Shown here: positions 25,997 to 38,567 of the stretch, one piece after another
Layout of the letters: each line of letters begins with the position of its first letter
How positions within the stretch are numbered: the first letter of the stretch is position 1
DNA from: Lingula anatina
Taxonomy: Eukaryota > Animalia > Brachiopoda
Direction: 5' to 3'
Assembly (NCBI GenBank): GCA_051362555.1
Contig: CM120644.1
Location: forward strand, 22,714,534-22,778,533
DNA length: 64,000 nucleotides
The notes under the pieces: generated by a model
Told to the model about the DNA's origin: nothing
Seen by the model: the letters and a program-made list of their open reading frames with translations, nothing else
Databases searched by the model: none
Program-made: the position numbers and the translations under genes

Positions 25997-28900
25997 CATA
26001 AGATTATGTATGTGTGCATTTATTCCATCTAACGTAAGAAGATTAGATACAATTATAACGTCAGAAAATACAATAGAGGGAGTGTGATAATGATAGGGTC
26101 GCTAAACGAATTTGACGGAACATAGTGACTAGCCTAATCCTCTTGTCGCCTGGTTAGGCACGCCCCCTTAGAGTACTTATGTAAACAAAAGGTCTTCCAT
26201 AGAGAACTATCCTTTTGTTCAACAGCTTCGCGCATGCAGCGGATTATGTACCGGTATATAGTGGCGCTATACAGCTAAATGCAGTTAAATCTGTGAAAGC
26301 TGTTATTTAATTTATTCTGCTGTGTCGGACGTTGTGGGCCAGTCCAATGGTTCATTCACTCATTCTTTTCTGAAGATTGGTGATGCATATTTTGAATGCT
26401 TAATTATTTGCCCTCCTTCTAACAAGAGAAAGTAAAAGGGGAGAGAAACAGAGACAGTGTCAAATAAAAAGTGTAAAGAGTAATATAACATGCTGTACAA
26501 TGACTGAGTCGTGAAGGGGGTATTGGACTTCTTTGCGTTAAAAACAAATTCATTTCGAAATCAAAAGAGCATTTTTTGAAGGGCGCGTGGGGGGGGGGGG
26601 TAAATAGTAACTCATTCCGTAATCCTTCTTGCACATTTATTTAATCGTATCAAAATGTTTGATACACAATGTTCACTAGTATCATAGTTTTGGCGATTTA
26701 TTAAAACCATATTTGTACAAAGTAGGTTAGCATAAGTTACACAAATGTAGGCAAAAACCAGTGTGAAGAACAACTCCCTTTTTAAGTGAGGCAAGACAAC
26801 CTATTCAAACTGATTATAACCTTGATAAAGACACAAGGCAAAGGAGTTATGTAAACTAGCGTGTGAAAACACATTCTTTGTCAATGTTACAAGACAATGG
26901 AGGCGACCAAGTGGAGTAATTACAATATACCCCTGTACAGTCAAAGAGAAATTAGTTATGAAAGCTTACTTCGGGTCAGCCCTTAATTTGCTTGTTCGAA
27001 AGAAAGAGATGGATGTCGCAACGCGAATCCTTTTATTAACCCTTCATGAGTTTGTGTTAAAGTGTGAAAAACAGGCAACGATCTCGAGTCGCTATTGGTA
27101 TTGTTCGCATTTAATATTGGAGTATACGCCTACATGTAAACATCAGACAAGGCGTTGAGATCGATAAAAGTGGGGGTTTATCTGAAAAATTAGATGCCAT
27201 TTTTGTGAAATGACTTATCAAGTGATGTGCATGTACCTAACATGTATAAATTCTTGATTTTTATTATTTGAAACATCTTCATACACGGCCTCATATTTAT
27301 ATTTCTCTCAGGTCATACTCATTTTATTGTATAACATGGGACTCTAAAGCACAGGGCATTGTGAAAATCAATCTGCAAGGCTTGCTTTGACTTGATGTTA
27401 ACCTGGATTTAAAAGAAGAAATATAAATATGTTGGATGGATTAAATCACCGATACCGTTCTATTTTAACTTAACGTGGTCATAAAAACAGTAACACAGAT
27501 AAAGTTGTCTGTCATTCAGCACGCATTATAGGCGAGTAGCCAAACAGTGACTATGATCAATCCAAGTAAAATCTAGGCAAGTATTGTTTACAAAATAGAT
27601 CATGATGAATAAACCTACGCTTTAACGCTCAATGATATCAAAAATGATTCGACGCTTTAAAAATGGGCCGGTTCAAGGGGCATTTTTTGTTTCAGCTAGA
27701 GGGACTTCAGGTAGAGGATTCAGTGTAGGTGTTTCCTCGGATGATAGCAGCATCACACCCTAGGTCTTAGCGAGTTGACTAGAAGCTTTTTGTCTAAGCA
27801 TCCTATTTCTGCTACTAATCTAATAACTCTTAACCTCAAAGGTTTATGCGGTAAAAATATTTAAACTAAATGAGGTGCATTGACAGAGGCACAAGTACAA
27901 TCCAACGCCAACGTGCAACAGGGGAAAGTCTGACAGTGTATTACATAATATATGAAAGTGCGGTCAATATTAACAGTGACATCAGTTAAAGAGGAGGGGG
28001 TCTTACCATCTTTTGTTAAACGCGACTGTTATTATCTCTCGAACAAGCTTAAACCATGCCTTATACAATTACTGTGTCTCCGGCTGTCGTGCAGAAACGG
28101 CATGTCGAACATATTTTGCTACAGTTACAAACAGAGCAAACTAGCGACTTGTTCTAGATCGCTCTAGTAGGAAAGCATAAGTGCGGCGCCCGGGCAAAAC
28201 AATCAACTACCCGGTCTAACATTCATATCTTAGCGTTTACATAGGTCGCGCAAAGAGCTAAGTACATATGACGCGCAGGGAGCTAAGCAATTAGCCTTGA
28301 CAAAGTGGTCCGTTTTTAAACAACAACAAGAAAAAAGAACGCCTTGTCATAGTTATGAGACAAATCGCTTGCAACGTGCAACAAGGGGGGTGGCTGAAAG
28401 TGTGGTCACACTACATGTTTATGAAAGTACGTTGAATCAAGGAGTTATAAGTTATGGCCCTGATAATGGGTTGACACTCACCGCGTTAGCTGCGACAATG
28501 ATTATTTCTTCACAGCGATTTATTCATTCAATTATTAAATCATAATTTATTTATTATTTATTAATTTAATTTAATGATTTAAATCATCTAATTTTTATCT
28601 ATTTTTTATTTGATTCTTAATGTAACCTAATTATTTACTTTATTCTTTAAATAATATTTTTATTTATTTATTTATCAAGCCCGTAGCCAGCAATTTTAAA
28701 GGGGGAGTGTCTTTTTCTGAAAAAGTGGACCTTTTACCGAAAAATCCCCATGTACTTATGTCAAACTTTACCCAGAGTGGGCCTTTTTTAAGCAAAAGGG
28801 TTTTTTTTTTTCGATCCTCCCGAACTCCCCCTGGCTGTGGGCCTGTTTATTTATTTATTTATTAAGACTTTCTATTATTATCCTTTTACGGATTCGCTCT

Positions 28901-29579
28901 ATTATTTTATATAAAATGTAACTTAATGTAGTAATTGAGGCAACACGCCAGCTTGTAATGTGAATAAATTGTTTTAATAATGTTTCTTTCTTTGTTATCT
29001 CTAAACAGTAATGTATTTTTACACAGGTAGCGATGATGGAAATTTGTGTACGCAGCATCTTTAAACTTTTTGAGACGGGGTGATTTGTTGATCATGCTGA
29101 TGTACGATGTTGATGCATGTCTATCAAATTCAATTTTTGACAACAGAACACTTCATGTTGAATTAAAAAACTGATACTAAATTAAACTAGCAGTTTTCTT
29201 GCAACACTTAAAACATGATCAGCTGCGTGTGCCAAGCTAGTGAACAAAAGGATAGGTGGCCACGGGAGTATAATCCTATCGCCGCAACAAACAATGGGCA
29301 CTTTCTGGCTGATGTATCCTGCTGTTAATTACACCTAGTCACAGCGGATTGTCGCGCTCGCGCTAGACCACAGAAACAGGCGTCATGGGGTTCACTCGCC
29401 TAAGGTATTGTGTGTTATTACGTCTAAACTATTGTGTTTTGGCGTTCGAATTTTGAAGGGATTAGACGGCTCTCCATTGTTTGTCCGCCCCCTTCTATTC
29501 ATAGTATAGGGATTAAAACCTTTCTGACGTTTTTAAAACGTCGTACAACGGAAACTTAATTTTTATTACTACTGTAGAA
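25997..29579. mobile_element. Unclassified interspersed repeat X, copy 2 (~3.6 kb), inserted in the TatD ORF
   Basis: Similar to 13800-18021. Removing it rejoins NPEVS to AVGETGVDY on the minus strand (junction uncertain by a few bases). Confidence 0.75.
28676..28845. mobile_element. Small MITE (hAT-like CA..TG ends) inside repeat X
   Basis: caagcccgtagccag versus reverse complement of ctggctgtgggcctg; flanked by (ttta)n, so TSD length is ambiguous. Confidence 0.6.
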
Positions 29580-29700
29580 CAGACACCTCCGGGTTGCTTA
29601 CTGTCTGTTCAAACTTCGCCCAGCCCTCTGGGTCAAACTCGTGTCTGGGGTGCCAACCCACCGACACTACGGCTCCCTCTGCCTTTAGAGAAGCCACCTC
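29580..29700 (-). pseudogene. TatD-family nuclease, N-proximal fragment
   Basis: AVVSVGWHPRHEF...FEQTVSNPEVS: the GxHP motif that precedes the GExGxDY motif in TatD. Confidence 0.65.
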
Positions 29701-29701
29701 C

Positions 29702-32049
29702 TCAGCACTTGAGTCTCTCTTTAGTCCTAGAGACTCCCTGATGTCCTGCTGATGGTAAACAGTGGTGTAACTCGATTGCCTTAACTCGCAACTCATGTGG
29801 AAGCACTAACTTCTTATCGTCAGTCTTCGGATCTGACCAATACAGTACACCATCAATCACTACAAACATCTCTCTATCCAGCCAATAAGACTTAAACTCC
29901 TGGCTCCCTCTGAATAGAGTAGACTGATTTGGAATAATGGCGTTGTCCACATATTCCCTGATCAGATTCACATCATGATCTGCTTTCTGTGCCGCTTTCA
30001 CCTCTTCCACTGTCTACCCCCAACTGCGCAGCCCTGAGGTGCTCTTACCCTCAGCCTTCACAGTTGATCTCGACTCTGTACTATAAGAGCCCACTTCAGC
30101 TGGTCTCGACTCTATATCCTTAGAGTCCACTTTAGTTGATCTCGACTCTACACCAGTAGAGCCCACTTCAGGCGTTCTTCTCATCTTTTTAGCCTGCTGA
30201 CGAGTGGTGATCACATTAACTCGGACCAATTTCCCTGGGTCCCATGGAATATTCTCGATCACCTCTCTCAGCATCTGGTACTCAGGCATCTCTTTCACCT
30301 TTTCATCAGGCGAGGTATCTACCACTGGCCCCAATACCTCCGGTTCTGAAAACTCCCTCACTGAGTCAACCATAACAGTGTTTACCGTCTTGCCACTGTT
30401 ACTCTGTCGGTCACTTGAGGTTTCATCGCTTTCGACGCTCCTGGTACCCCCCTGGTTTTCCCCTTGGATCACCAATGGCACCATATCATCAACCTCCTCC
30501 TCAAACCTGGCCCAGTTTGAGTGAGCAAGCTTACAATATTCACATCCTCCACAGGGTGGGTCTCCAAGGCGCACCCCTATCCCAAACGTTAAACACTGCC
30601 CCGTGTGTCCAGCTCTTGACAGTGCATCCACGTTTGCATGAAGTCGCCCTGCCCGATGTGATAATACCATGTTGAACTGCGACAGCTCCTCTAACCATCA
30701 CGCCAACTGACCCTGCGGCTTCTTGAACCTCATTAACCAACGCAAGCTTGAATGGTCGGTTCTCACCATAAATGGCCTCCCCAGGAGATAGTGTCTATAC
30801 TGCCTGGTGAAACGCACATCAGCAAGTAGCTCTTTACGTGTTGTACAATACCGCCTCTGCTCTTTCGTGAGGCCGTAGCTTCCGTAAGCTACAACTTTTT
30901 CCTCGCCATCTTGTACCTGAAGCAGCTCTGCTCCAATGGCATACTCGCTCGCATCTGTGTCCAAAATATACTCGCCATCCTGCCTCGGAATAGCCAACAC
31001 TGGTGGTGAAGTTAATGCTTCCTTTAGTGCTCTAAATGACACACACTGCTCCTCACCCCACTGAAAATTGTTCTTACCAGCCATGGCATACAGTGGAGCA
31101 GCGAGTTTGGAAAAGTCCTTGATAAACGCCCTGTGGTAGTTTGCTAGGCCCATAAATTTCTCGACATCCTTTCCACATGTTGGCATCAGCCAATCTCTGA
31201 CCACCTGGATATCATGCTCCGACATGGCTAAGGTGTCCCCAGTCACTACTCGACCTAGAAACTCAATCTTTCTTTGGAAGAAAGAACACTTCTTCGGCTT
31301 TAACTTTAGCCCATACGCTCTAAACCTCATTAGAGCCTCACTCGACTTAGTCCCCTGCCCATCAAACGCTTGTCCAGATGTCACGACTTTTTCATAAGAA
31401 AAGCCCTCCCAATTTCTGACCCCTTCCATAGCAGCTTGTACCTGTCACTTGGGTTAATCAACACCATAATAGGGTCACTCCCCCTATTACGTATAACCCT
31501 TGGAACCAAGAAATTACACGTGCCCCTCTCCACTGGCTCTATGACATAATCATCGAGGTCCATGTCCATTTTACATGCCACTCTGACTACAGAGTTAGGA
31601 GGAATTACCCGGCGCTCTGACACCATAACGCGTGCTACTTGAGGAACACCCTTCTCCAGGCAACAGTCCAACGTTAAACTCATGTCATCGAAGTGCAGAA
31701 TCCCTCTTCCCACATCAATCATGGCTTGACCCCGATCTCTCAATATGTCGACTCCCAGCAACATTTCTTCCTCCAAAGGAGCCACGTATACTGTTTCCGT
31801 ATACCACTTGTGCCCAATTTTTAATTTTATAGGACCTGCGATAAAACCCGGCATAGCCATCTTCCGCCCTGCAGCCCACAATTGCACATCCTTTAATTTT
31901 CTCGGCGGATTTTTCAAGCTATTGTAGATACTGTCAGATAAAATGGTAACACGAGCACCGGTATCCACTAATGCCCTCACTGTTTTATCACCTACTCGGA
32001 CTTTTAGAGAGTAGTCGGATACGGATCCAATCTGGTTCACATACACCAC
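29702..32049 (-). pseudogene. Gypsy pol remnant: aspartic protease, RT C-terminus, RNase H, integrase zinc-binding start
   Basis: ALVDTGA (protease); LKLKPKKCSFFQRKIEFLG and FMGLANYHRAFI (RT thumb); LDTDASEYAIGAEL, YCTTRKELL, VRTDHSSL (RNase H); HHCLPSAGHQG (integrase HH). The RT YxDD core and the integrase DDE core are absent. Confidence 0.92.
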
Positions 32050-32156
32050 CTCTGGCTCAGGTGTGCTCTTTTCTGCTTCGGATCCAATTTTTCGAGCCTT
32101 ATCATCAGCTTCTTTGACGTCTGATCTAGCGTTGTCTCGGATCGAGGATAGGCCCC

Positions 32157-34620
32157 CTAACTCGACCCCTTGGCGTTTCCCTGATTCGCCCCTGAGACCT
32201 TATCTTGTCTCTTTTCCGAGGCATCACCCCATCTCGGGCAGTCACGGATGCAATGTCCCTTTTCCCGGCATTTAAAACAAGTCCCATCCATAGGTCTACT
32301 CACAAACTTGGACCCATTTTCTGCCTTTGGCGACCCACTTTTCTCGATCTCCTTCTTTTTCGCATCCAGTTGTAGAGACTTAATAGATTTCTCTGTATTC
32401 TCCATGCGCTGGACCCACTTGGACATATCTGGATTAGGAGGTGTTTTTCTTTTTCGCATCCAGCTGTAAAGATTTAATGGATTTCTCCATGTTCTCCATA
32501 CACTGGACCAACCTGGACATCTCAGGTATTCCGGCCGTCGCTACCTGATTTACTCTCGGGTTTCCCTGACGACCCCTCCTTGGCACCGTGTGTTCTATCA
32601 CCTGGTACATTTGCTGATGCATCCTCAACAAACTCACTGCCTCACGAACAGTTGGAGGACTCCGCATATAAATAGCATGCCCCGCCTCCTTGTCCAACAA
32701 ACCAGCACAAAACCGATTCACCGCCTGCATATCAGTGAATGATTCCGGCAAGCCCTCGTAAGCACGACCTGCCAAAGTTAACACACGATCAGCCCAGTCA
32801 TCTAACGACTCTTTAGACTCCTGAACTGAACTCTAGAAACGCGACTGTGCTGTAGCTGGCGTATCCCGCTCTCCGTACCGTTTCTCCAGTTCATGCAGCA
32901 ACACTCGGTATGTTAGGCCACCTACCCGCTGACTCAGTATAGCGTAGTAATCCTGAGCTTTTCCCCGCAGGCACCAACATAACCCATCGAGGGACAAGGC
33001 ATCATCCCACTGTTCACGAACTGCATGTCTGACAAATCAGCTCTTAAATGCAGTCCAGTTACCATCAAAGACTAAGTTCTTTAGTGGGTTAAACTTCCGT
33101 GTTGGGGCGCTAACTGTAGATCCCCATCCACCATGACTCCTATGTTCACCATCGTGTCCTCTATTAACACCACTGTATCCTCCCTGGACACCACGATGTC
33201 CTCCATGGACACCTCTACCTCCGACTTCCATAGAATAAGAAGCCTCATTAGTAGGAACTGGTTCCCAGGGTACATCAGCTCTCCTCTGAGAAATGACTGG
33301 AGCCTGGTATGGCCCCCCACATTCATATACTTGAGTGCTGATACCGGTAACTGGTACTGGTTCACCATGGTCCGGTCTCAACCAGTCTTGTCTTAATGGC
33401 TCTAGACCCCGACCACAGTTTTCACGATTCGGTCCACCATGGCTCAGTGTAAATTCACCTGGCAGCTGTCTACCATGCATATAAGCATGGCTCGGTCCAT
33501 AGTGATCTAGTGTGACCTGGTCTGGCTGCCACCCTGTTGGTCTGACATCTCGGTACAGTCCACACTGGTCTCGTGTGACCTCCCTTTGATGCTGCCCGCT
33601 TTGCATACAAGCAAGGCTCGGTCCACACTGGTCTCGTGTGACCCCACCTGGCTGATGCACATTTTGCATAAAAGCAAGATTCGATCCACACTGGTGTTGT
33701 GTGAACCCACCTGACTGCTGCCCATCTTGCATAAAAGCAAGACTCGGTCCACACTGGTCCCGTGTGACCACACCTGGCTGCAAAGTTACATGTCTGACCC
33801 CACTAGTCGGTCCATCTTGGCCTTGTGTGAATGGACCTGGTTGATACACTGCACCATAATTTTCATGACTCCCTCGGGTGTAAGCTGGGACTGGCTCTGT
33901 TTTCCAGTGTACAGTAGCCTGTCGCACTTGGCTGGTTCCTGTCTTCCATCCAGGTATACGCATATCCTGAGTGAATGGAATTTTCACTTCAGTGTCATCA
34001 CCATGCCCTGGATCCTCGGGAATAGGAGTTATTCCCCACGGAATTTTACTCAACGGCCCTTTAGCTGGCCCTCGAGATTCCTGTCTGGAACCCACAAGAA
34101 TCCCCCCAGGTGCCTGATTAACACCTGCCTTTTCCAGGTTTACATACCTCCTATGTAACTCGTCTCCAGTCTGTGTAGAAACCACCGTCTGCACTGAAGT
34201 GGAGACCATTTCCCTCATCCCCTCTCCTGTCTGTACAGGCGTGGAGACCAAACGCCTCTCGTCAGCCCTTGGTACCTCACTCAAGGGTGACCCAATGGGT
34301 GTAGAAGTCCATAAACACCCAGTCCCGAAACCCGAAGAATTACTGGGCTCCCTTGACACCATTTTCTGATCCGCGCTGGTGTTATCTCCAGAGGCTTGCT
34401 GTACTGTAGAGAGGGCAGTATTAGGAGTAAAGTCCAATAACTCCACCACATCATCCGTCAACTTCTTCCGAGTTATTAGTTGTAATTACTCCCTGGTGAT
34501 TTGTCCACCATTTTGTCTCGCTGACACCAAAGTTTCAGCTATTTTGTCACTAACACCCGGTATTAGTGACAGCTCCTGAACGTCAGCCGAGTTGACTTTA
34601 ATGACATGTACATTCTCCAT
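32157..34620 (-). pseudogene. Gypsy gag: N-terminal HhH, long spacer, capsid-like region, CCHC knuckle
   Basis: ATG at 34620, one in-frame stop at 34486-34488, then ORF 33037-34461. FDGNWTAF and FCAGLLD segments; CFKCREKGHCIRDC knuckle in 32157-32459. Confidence 0.85.
33430..33780 (-). repeat. 60-bp coding tandem repeat in gag (~6 degenerate units)
   Basis: 20-aa unit GVTRDQCGPSLAFMQDGQQS with variants; cggtccacactggtc recurs at 60-bp spacing. Confidence 0.8.
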
Positions 34621-34883
34621 ATTTAATATCAATATATATAAAAATGAAGAACACAAACGACTATAAATATATCTTTATTGAAAATATATAAATATAGCCC
34701 CCTCTAGAAATAATGCACCCACAATTTAATTGTTACTTGCAAAATTTCTACAAAACAGTAACGTCTGCCTAAGCAAACCGCTGAATAAACTAGAAAAACA
34801 GCTATTTGTGTGAAAAAACAAACAACTACTCGTTTTTTAACTTTTATTCAGCAACGTGAGCTCGATGTTTTCGCTGCCACTAA

Positions 34884-35162
34884 TATAGAAATCCCTTACG
34901 CTAATCAACTCTAGCTCCGGATATTTCTACTAATAATCTGCTTACCTTAGCAGTAACGGAATCCCTTTCCTATAGATAACCACTAGAAATCAGGATTCCA
35001 ACCTCTATCTCAATCTTGCTTCACAGTAATGGCGTCGCCCTTTGTTCTCAGTGCTCCTCGCTGTAAAACCACTCCTTACAGCTATCGAGTTTCTCGCAAA
35101 CTGACACTCAGCCTCGACTCGGAATCGAGGCCAAGACAAGCCACCTATGCCGGATCACTACA
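34884..35162 (-). repeat. 5' LTR (279 bp)
   Basis: See 3' LTR; minus-strand termini TGTAGT...TCTATA. Confidence 0.95.
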
Positions 35163-38100
35163 CTTGGCTGTTGTTACACGTTTTCCGTCGATTTCTACCG
35201 ACGCCAAATCCCTGGCCCATCCTGACACAAACTGGTTGTGGGCATCCAAACCCTTGTAACATTTTAACTGGTGTGGTGTGTATGGGCTTGGTTTGAATAG
35301 ATGATAGTTGACTATGTCTGTGTATATAACTCTGGGCAGTAATTCCACATCGCCGCTCGACTCCGTTAATTCATACGGGCCTTGCCCTTTCAGATGACCC
35401 AATTTCTCTTCATACCGAATTTTCTCCGCCTCTTGGAGCCCCTCTGAATATGGTAATAACTGATTTTCTTCGCTGCCAACAGATAAACTTGTGGATTTCG
35501 TGTTTTTTACTCGCAGTCGCTTATATTCCACCACCGGTGTAACATGAAAATCTGACTCCCATGAAAATGTGACTCCCCAGTCAGATTTTCATTATGAAAA
35601 TGTGACTCCCCAGTCAGATTTTCATAATGAAAATGTGACTCCCCCCATGAAAATTTGACTCCCCCTCCACAAAACTTCATACATCTTATTTTATTTGAGT
35701 ATATGATTGTGATCTTGTTGTATGTAAAATGGATGATACGTTGGCACATTTTTTGTAGTTTGCAGTGAAAATTTTAATGAAAAAATAAGAAAATTAAAAA
35801 TGAGCACATAATGAAAATCTGACTCCCCCATGAAAATTTGACTCCCCCATCATAAAACTTTATAAATCTTATTTTATTTTGGGTTTATGTCTGTGATCTT
35901 GTAGTATGTAAAACGGAGGATACATTGGCACATTTTTTGTAGTTTGAAGGTGAAAACTTTAATGAAAAATAAAGAAAATTAAAAATGTGCACAAAATGAA
36001 AATCTTACTCCCCCGTGAAAATTTGACTCCCCCATCATAAAACTTCATAAAACTTATTTTATTTTGAGTATATGACGGTGATCTTGTAGTATGTAAAAAG
36101 GAGGATAGATTGGCACATTTTTTGTAGTTTACAGGTGAAAAATTATGTGAAAAAGTAAGAAAATTAAAAATGTCCACTTAATCGCCTATTGTCTCCCCTA
36201 TGAAAAAGTTATTTAATATTTGATGATCATTTCATCACCTTTTCTTTTAGGATACTTTATGAAAAATATATTGGAAATATTTAAATGTTTGATGATAAAA
36301 TAGTGAAAGCATGAAAAAGAAATCATGAAAATCTTTATTTTTACACCCATGAGATTTGGACTCCCATGGAGAAAAGGACCTATTTTATATTCAGTCACCA
36401 TACCACTGTTTTCCACATTTTTTGCATAGAGATGGATATTTTATCAGCATTTGAAAGTTTGATGATGAAAATTTTGGTCAATATTTTTAAAACAAGTATC
36501 CGTCTTTATTCTTGTAGGTTTTGCACTCCCATGTCAAAACACTACATTTTTAACACAAGAAATTGGCCCCATCGCCTTTTTTTTAAATTCTTCTTATATA
36601 GCATACCCAACAAAACACTTGCTTTTGTTTTCCCATTATTTTCCCCAAAGCTGGATGAAAGATGGGGCTTAAGTAAGCAAAAAGGATAATAAGTATGCAT
36701 TCTTGCGCCCATAGGACTTTGACGACCCATCTTACAAATCAAATGTTTCATATTTAATATTTTTCCTTTAAGCTACGACATATGAATAAGCTACCACCAA
36801 ACATGTCACAGTCCTATCACATTTGAAAGTTTGGTGGTGATAACTTTTGTCAAAATTGAGAATTTTTTAGCAGCATTATTCATATGTTGGTGATATTTCC
36901 TTACTATTGTGTTTTTAAATTCCAATATGATTTTTTTAGTTAAGGGGCAAAAGTATTTTGATTTAGCCTAGTGTGCAAAGTAATCATTAAGTTTTCACTG
37001 CCACAAGGGAAAATATTGAAGAGAAGCAGAATTTTCTTGTCTCAGTGGATCCTTTTTACATTCATCTACATTTTGTTGATACTGTATGCACTTCATTGAA
37101 AAAATATTCTTTTCTGATATGACACAAAACAATTTTTATTTTCATATAGCTTAGTGTGCAGAGTTATCATTATATATACAATGAAAAGTATGAGGAAAAT
37201 AGTGATATAATGACTGAATAAAAAATAATTGTCCTTTTCATGGGTGTAAAATAAATATGATACTGAATTTCTCACTATTTTTAAATTTCAAACACAAAAT
37301 TTAAATATTCCACATATGTTCTCCATAAGAAAACTAAAAAGTAGAAACATTTAAATGTGTGCTAAATATGAAATAAGTGCTTTTAACTAGAGGAGTCAAA
37401 ATCCTACGGGTACAAGAATGCAAATTTATTATCCATTTTTCATTTATTTTCACGCAGTATTTTACCATAAAACTTTTTAATATTTCCAATAAATTTTTTC
37501 ATAAAGTATCATAAAAGAAAAGTTGCCAGAATGATCATCAAACATCAAATAAATAGCTTTTTATAGGGGAGCTATTGGGTGTTAGAAAACAAATCCTTAA
37601 TTTTTCTTACTTTCATGTGTTTTATTACTTTTTTCTCTCAATTTTTTAACCATGTGCACATTTTCAATTTTCATTATTTTTTCATTTAAAGTTTTCACTG
37701 CAAACTACAAAAAATGTGCCAATGTATCATCCATTTTCCATACTACAAGATCACAGTCACATACTCAAAATAAAATAAGATTTATGAAGTTTTGTGGAGA
37801 GGGTGTCATATTTTCATGGGGGAGTCAGATTTTCATTACGTGCACATTTTTAATTTTTTTCATTTTTTCATTAAAATTTTCACTGCAAACTACAAAAAAT
37901 GTGCCAATGTATCAACCATTTTACATAATACAAGATCACAGTCATATACTCAAAATAGAATAAGATTTATGAAGTTTTGTGGAGGGGGAGTCAAATTTTC
38001 ATGGGGGAGTCAGATTTTCATTATGTGCTCATTTTTAATTTTCTGATTTGTTCATTAAAATTCTCACTGCAAACTACAAAAAAATGTGCCAATGTATCAA

Positions 38101-38495
38101 CCATTTTACATACTACAAGATCACAGTCATATACTAAATTAATTAGAGCTTAATGCATGTTTTTATGTAGGGGAGTCAAATTTTCATAGGGGAACCACAT
38201 TTTCATTATGTGCACATTTTTAATTTTTCTCTTTTTTTAATGAAAATTTTCACCTGCAAACTACAAAAAAATGCCAATGTATCATCCATTATGCATACTA
38301 CAAAATCATAGTCATTTACTCAAATAAAATGAGATTAATGAATGTTTTTTTGGGGGGAGTCAAAATTTCATAGGGGGAGTCACATTTTCATTATGAAAAT
38401 CTGACTGGGGAGTCAGATTTTCATAATGAAAATCTGACTGGGGAGTCACATTTTAGGGGAGTCAGATTTTCATGGTACACCGGCACTGCCGCCAT
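35163..38495 (-). pseudogene. Transposon second gene, exon 1, interrupted by a Ginger1-like element
   Basis: ATG at 38495. Removing 35538-38483 gives MAAVPVVEYKRLRV...RYEEKL...DIVNYHLFKPSPYT...YKGLDAHNQFVSGW...TTAK in one frame. Confidence 0.8.
35538..38479. mobile_element. Complete non-autonomous Ginger1-like element, family A, with satellite-like TIR arms
   Basis: CCGG TSD (35534-35537, 38480-38483); termini TGTAACATGAAAATCTGACTCCC / GGGAGTCAGATTTTCATGGTACA. Arms are built from ~187-bp tandem units in inverted orientation. Confidence 0.85.
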
Positions 38496-38567
38496 CTTGG
38501 ATTTGTGTGTGGCCCCCAGTATGGCGGCGGCTCATTAATTAGGTCACGTGTCGGGTACGCTCTAAAA

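Larger units (their letters stand above)
24951..35162 (-). mobile_element. Ty3/Gypsy LTR retrotransposon, internally deleted, with HhH-Gag and TatD cargo
   Basis: Two 279-bp LTRs; 4-bp TSD cttg at 24947-24950 and 35163-35166; PBS-like tggcagcg next to the 5' LTR; purine tract next to the 3' LTR; domain order gag-PR-RT/RH-IN. Confidence 0.95.
20270..38562. mobile_element. ISL2EU/Harbinger-type DNA transposon with two convergent genes, expanded by nested insertions
   Basis: Subterminal inverted match agccgccgccatattggggg (~20303) versus cccccagtatggcggcggct (~38513). Encloses a THAP-HTH-DDE transposase (+) and a SWIM-YqaJ-PHD gene (-), the ISL2EU gene pair. Exact termini uncertain. Confidence 0.75.

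Noticed and set aside
25433-25999. Cellular TATDN gene or bacterial contamination
   Set aside because: It lies between paired LTRs with a TSD, is intronless and is split by a repeat also found elsewhere in the window.
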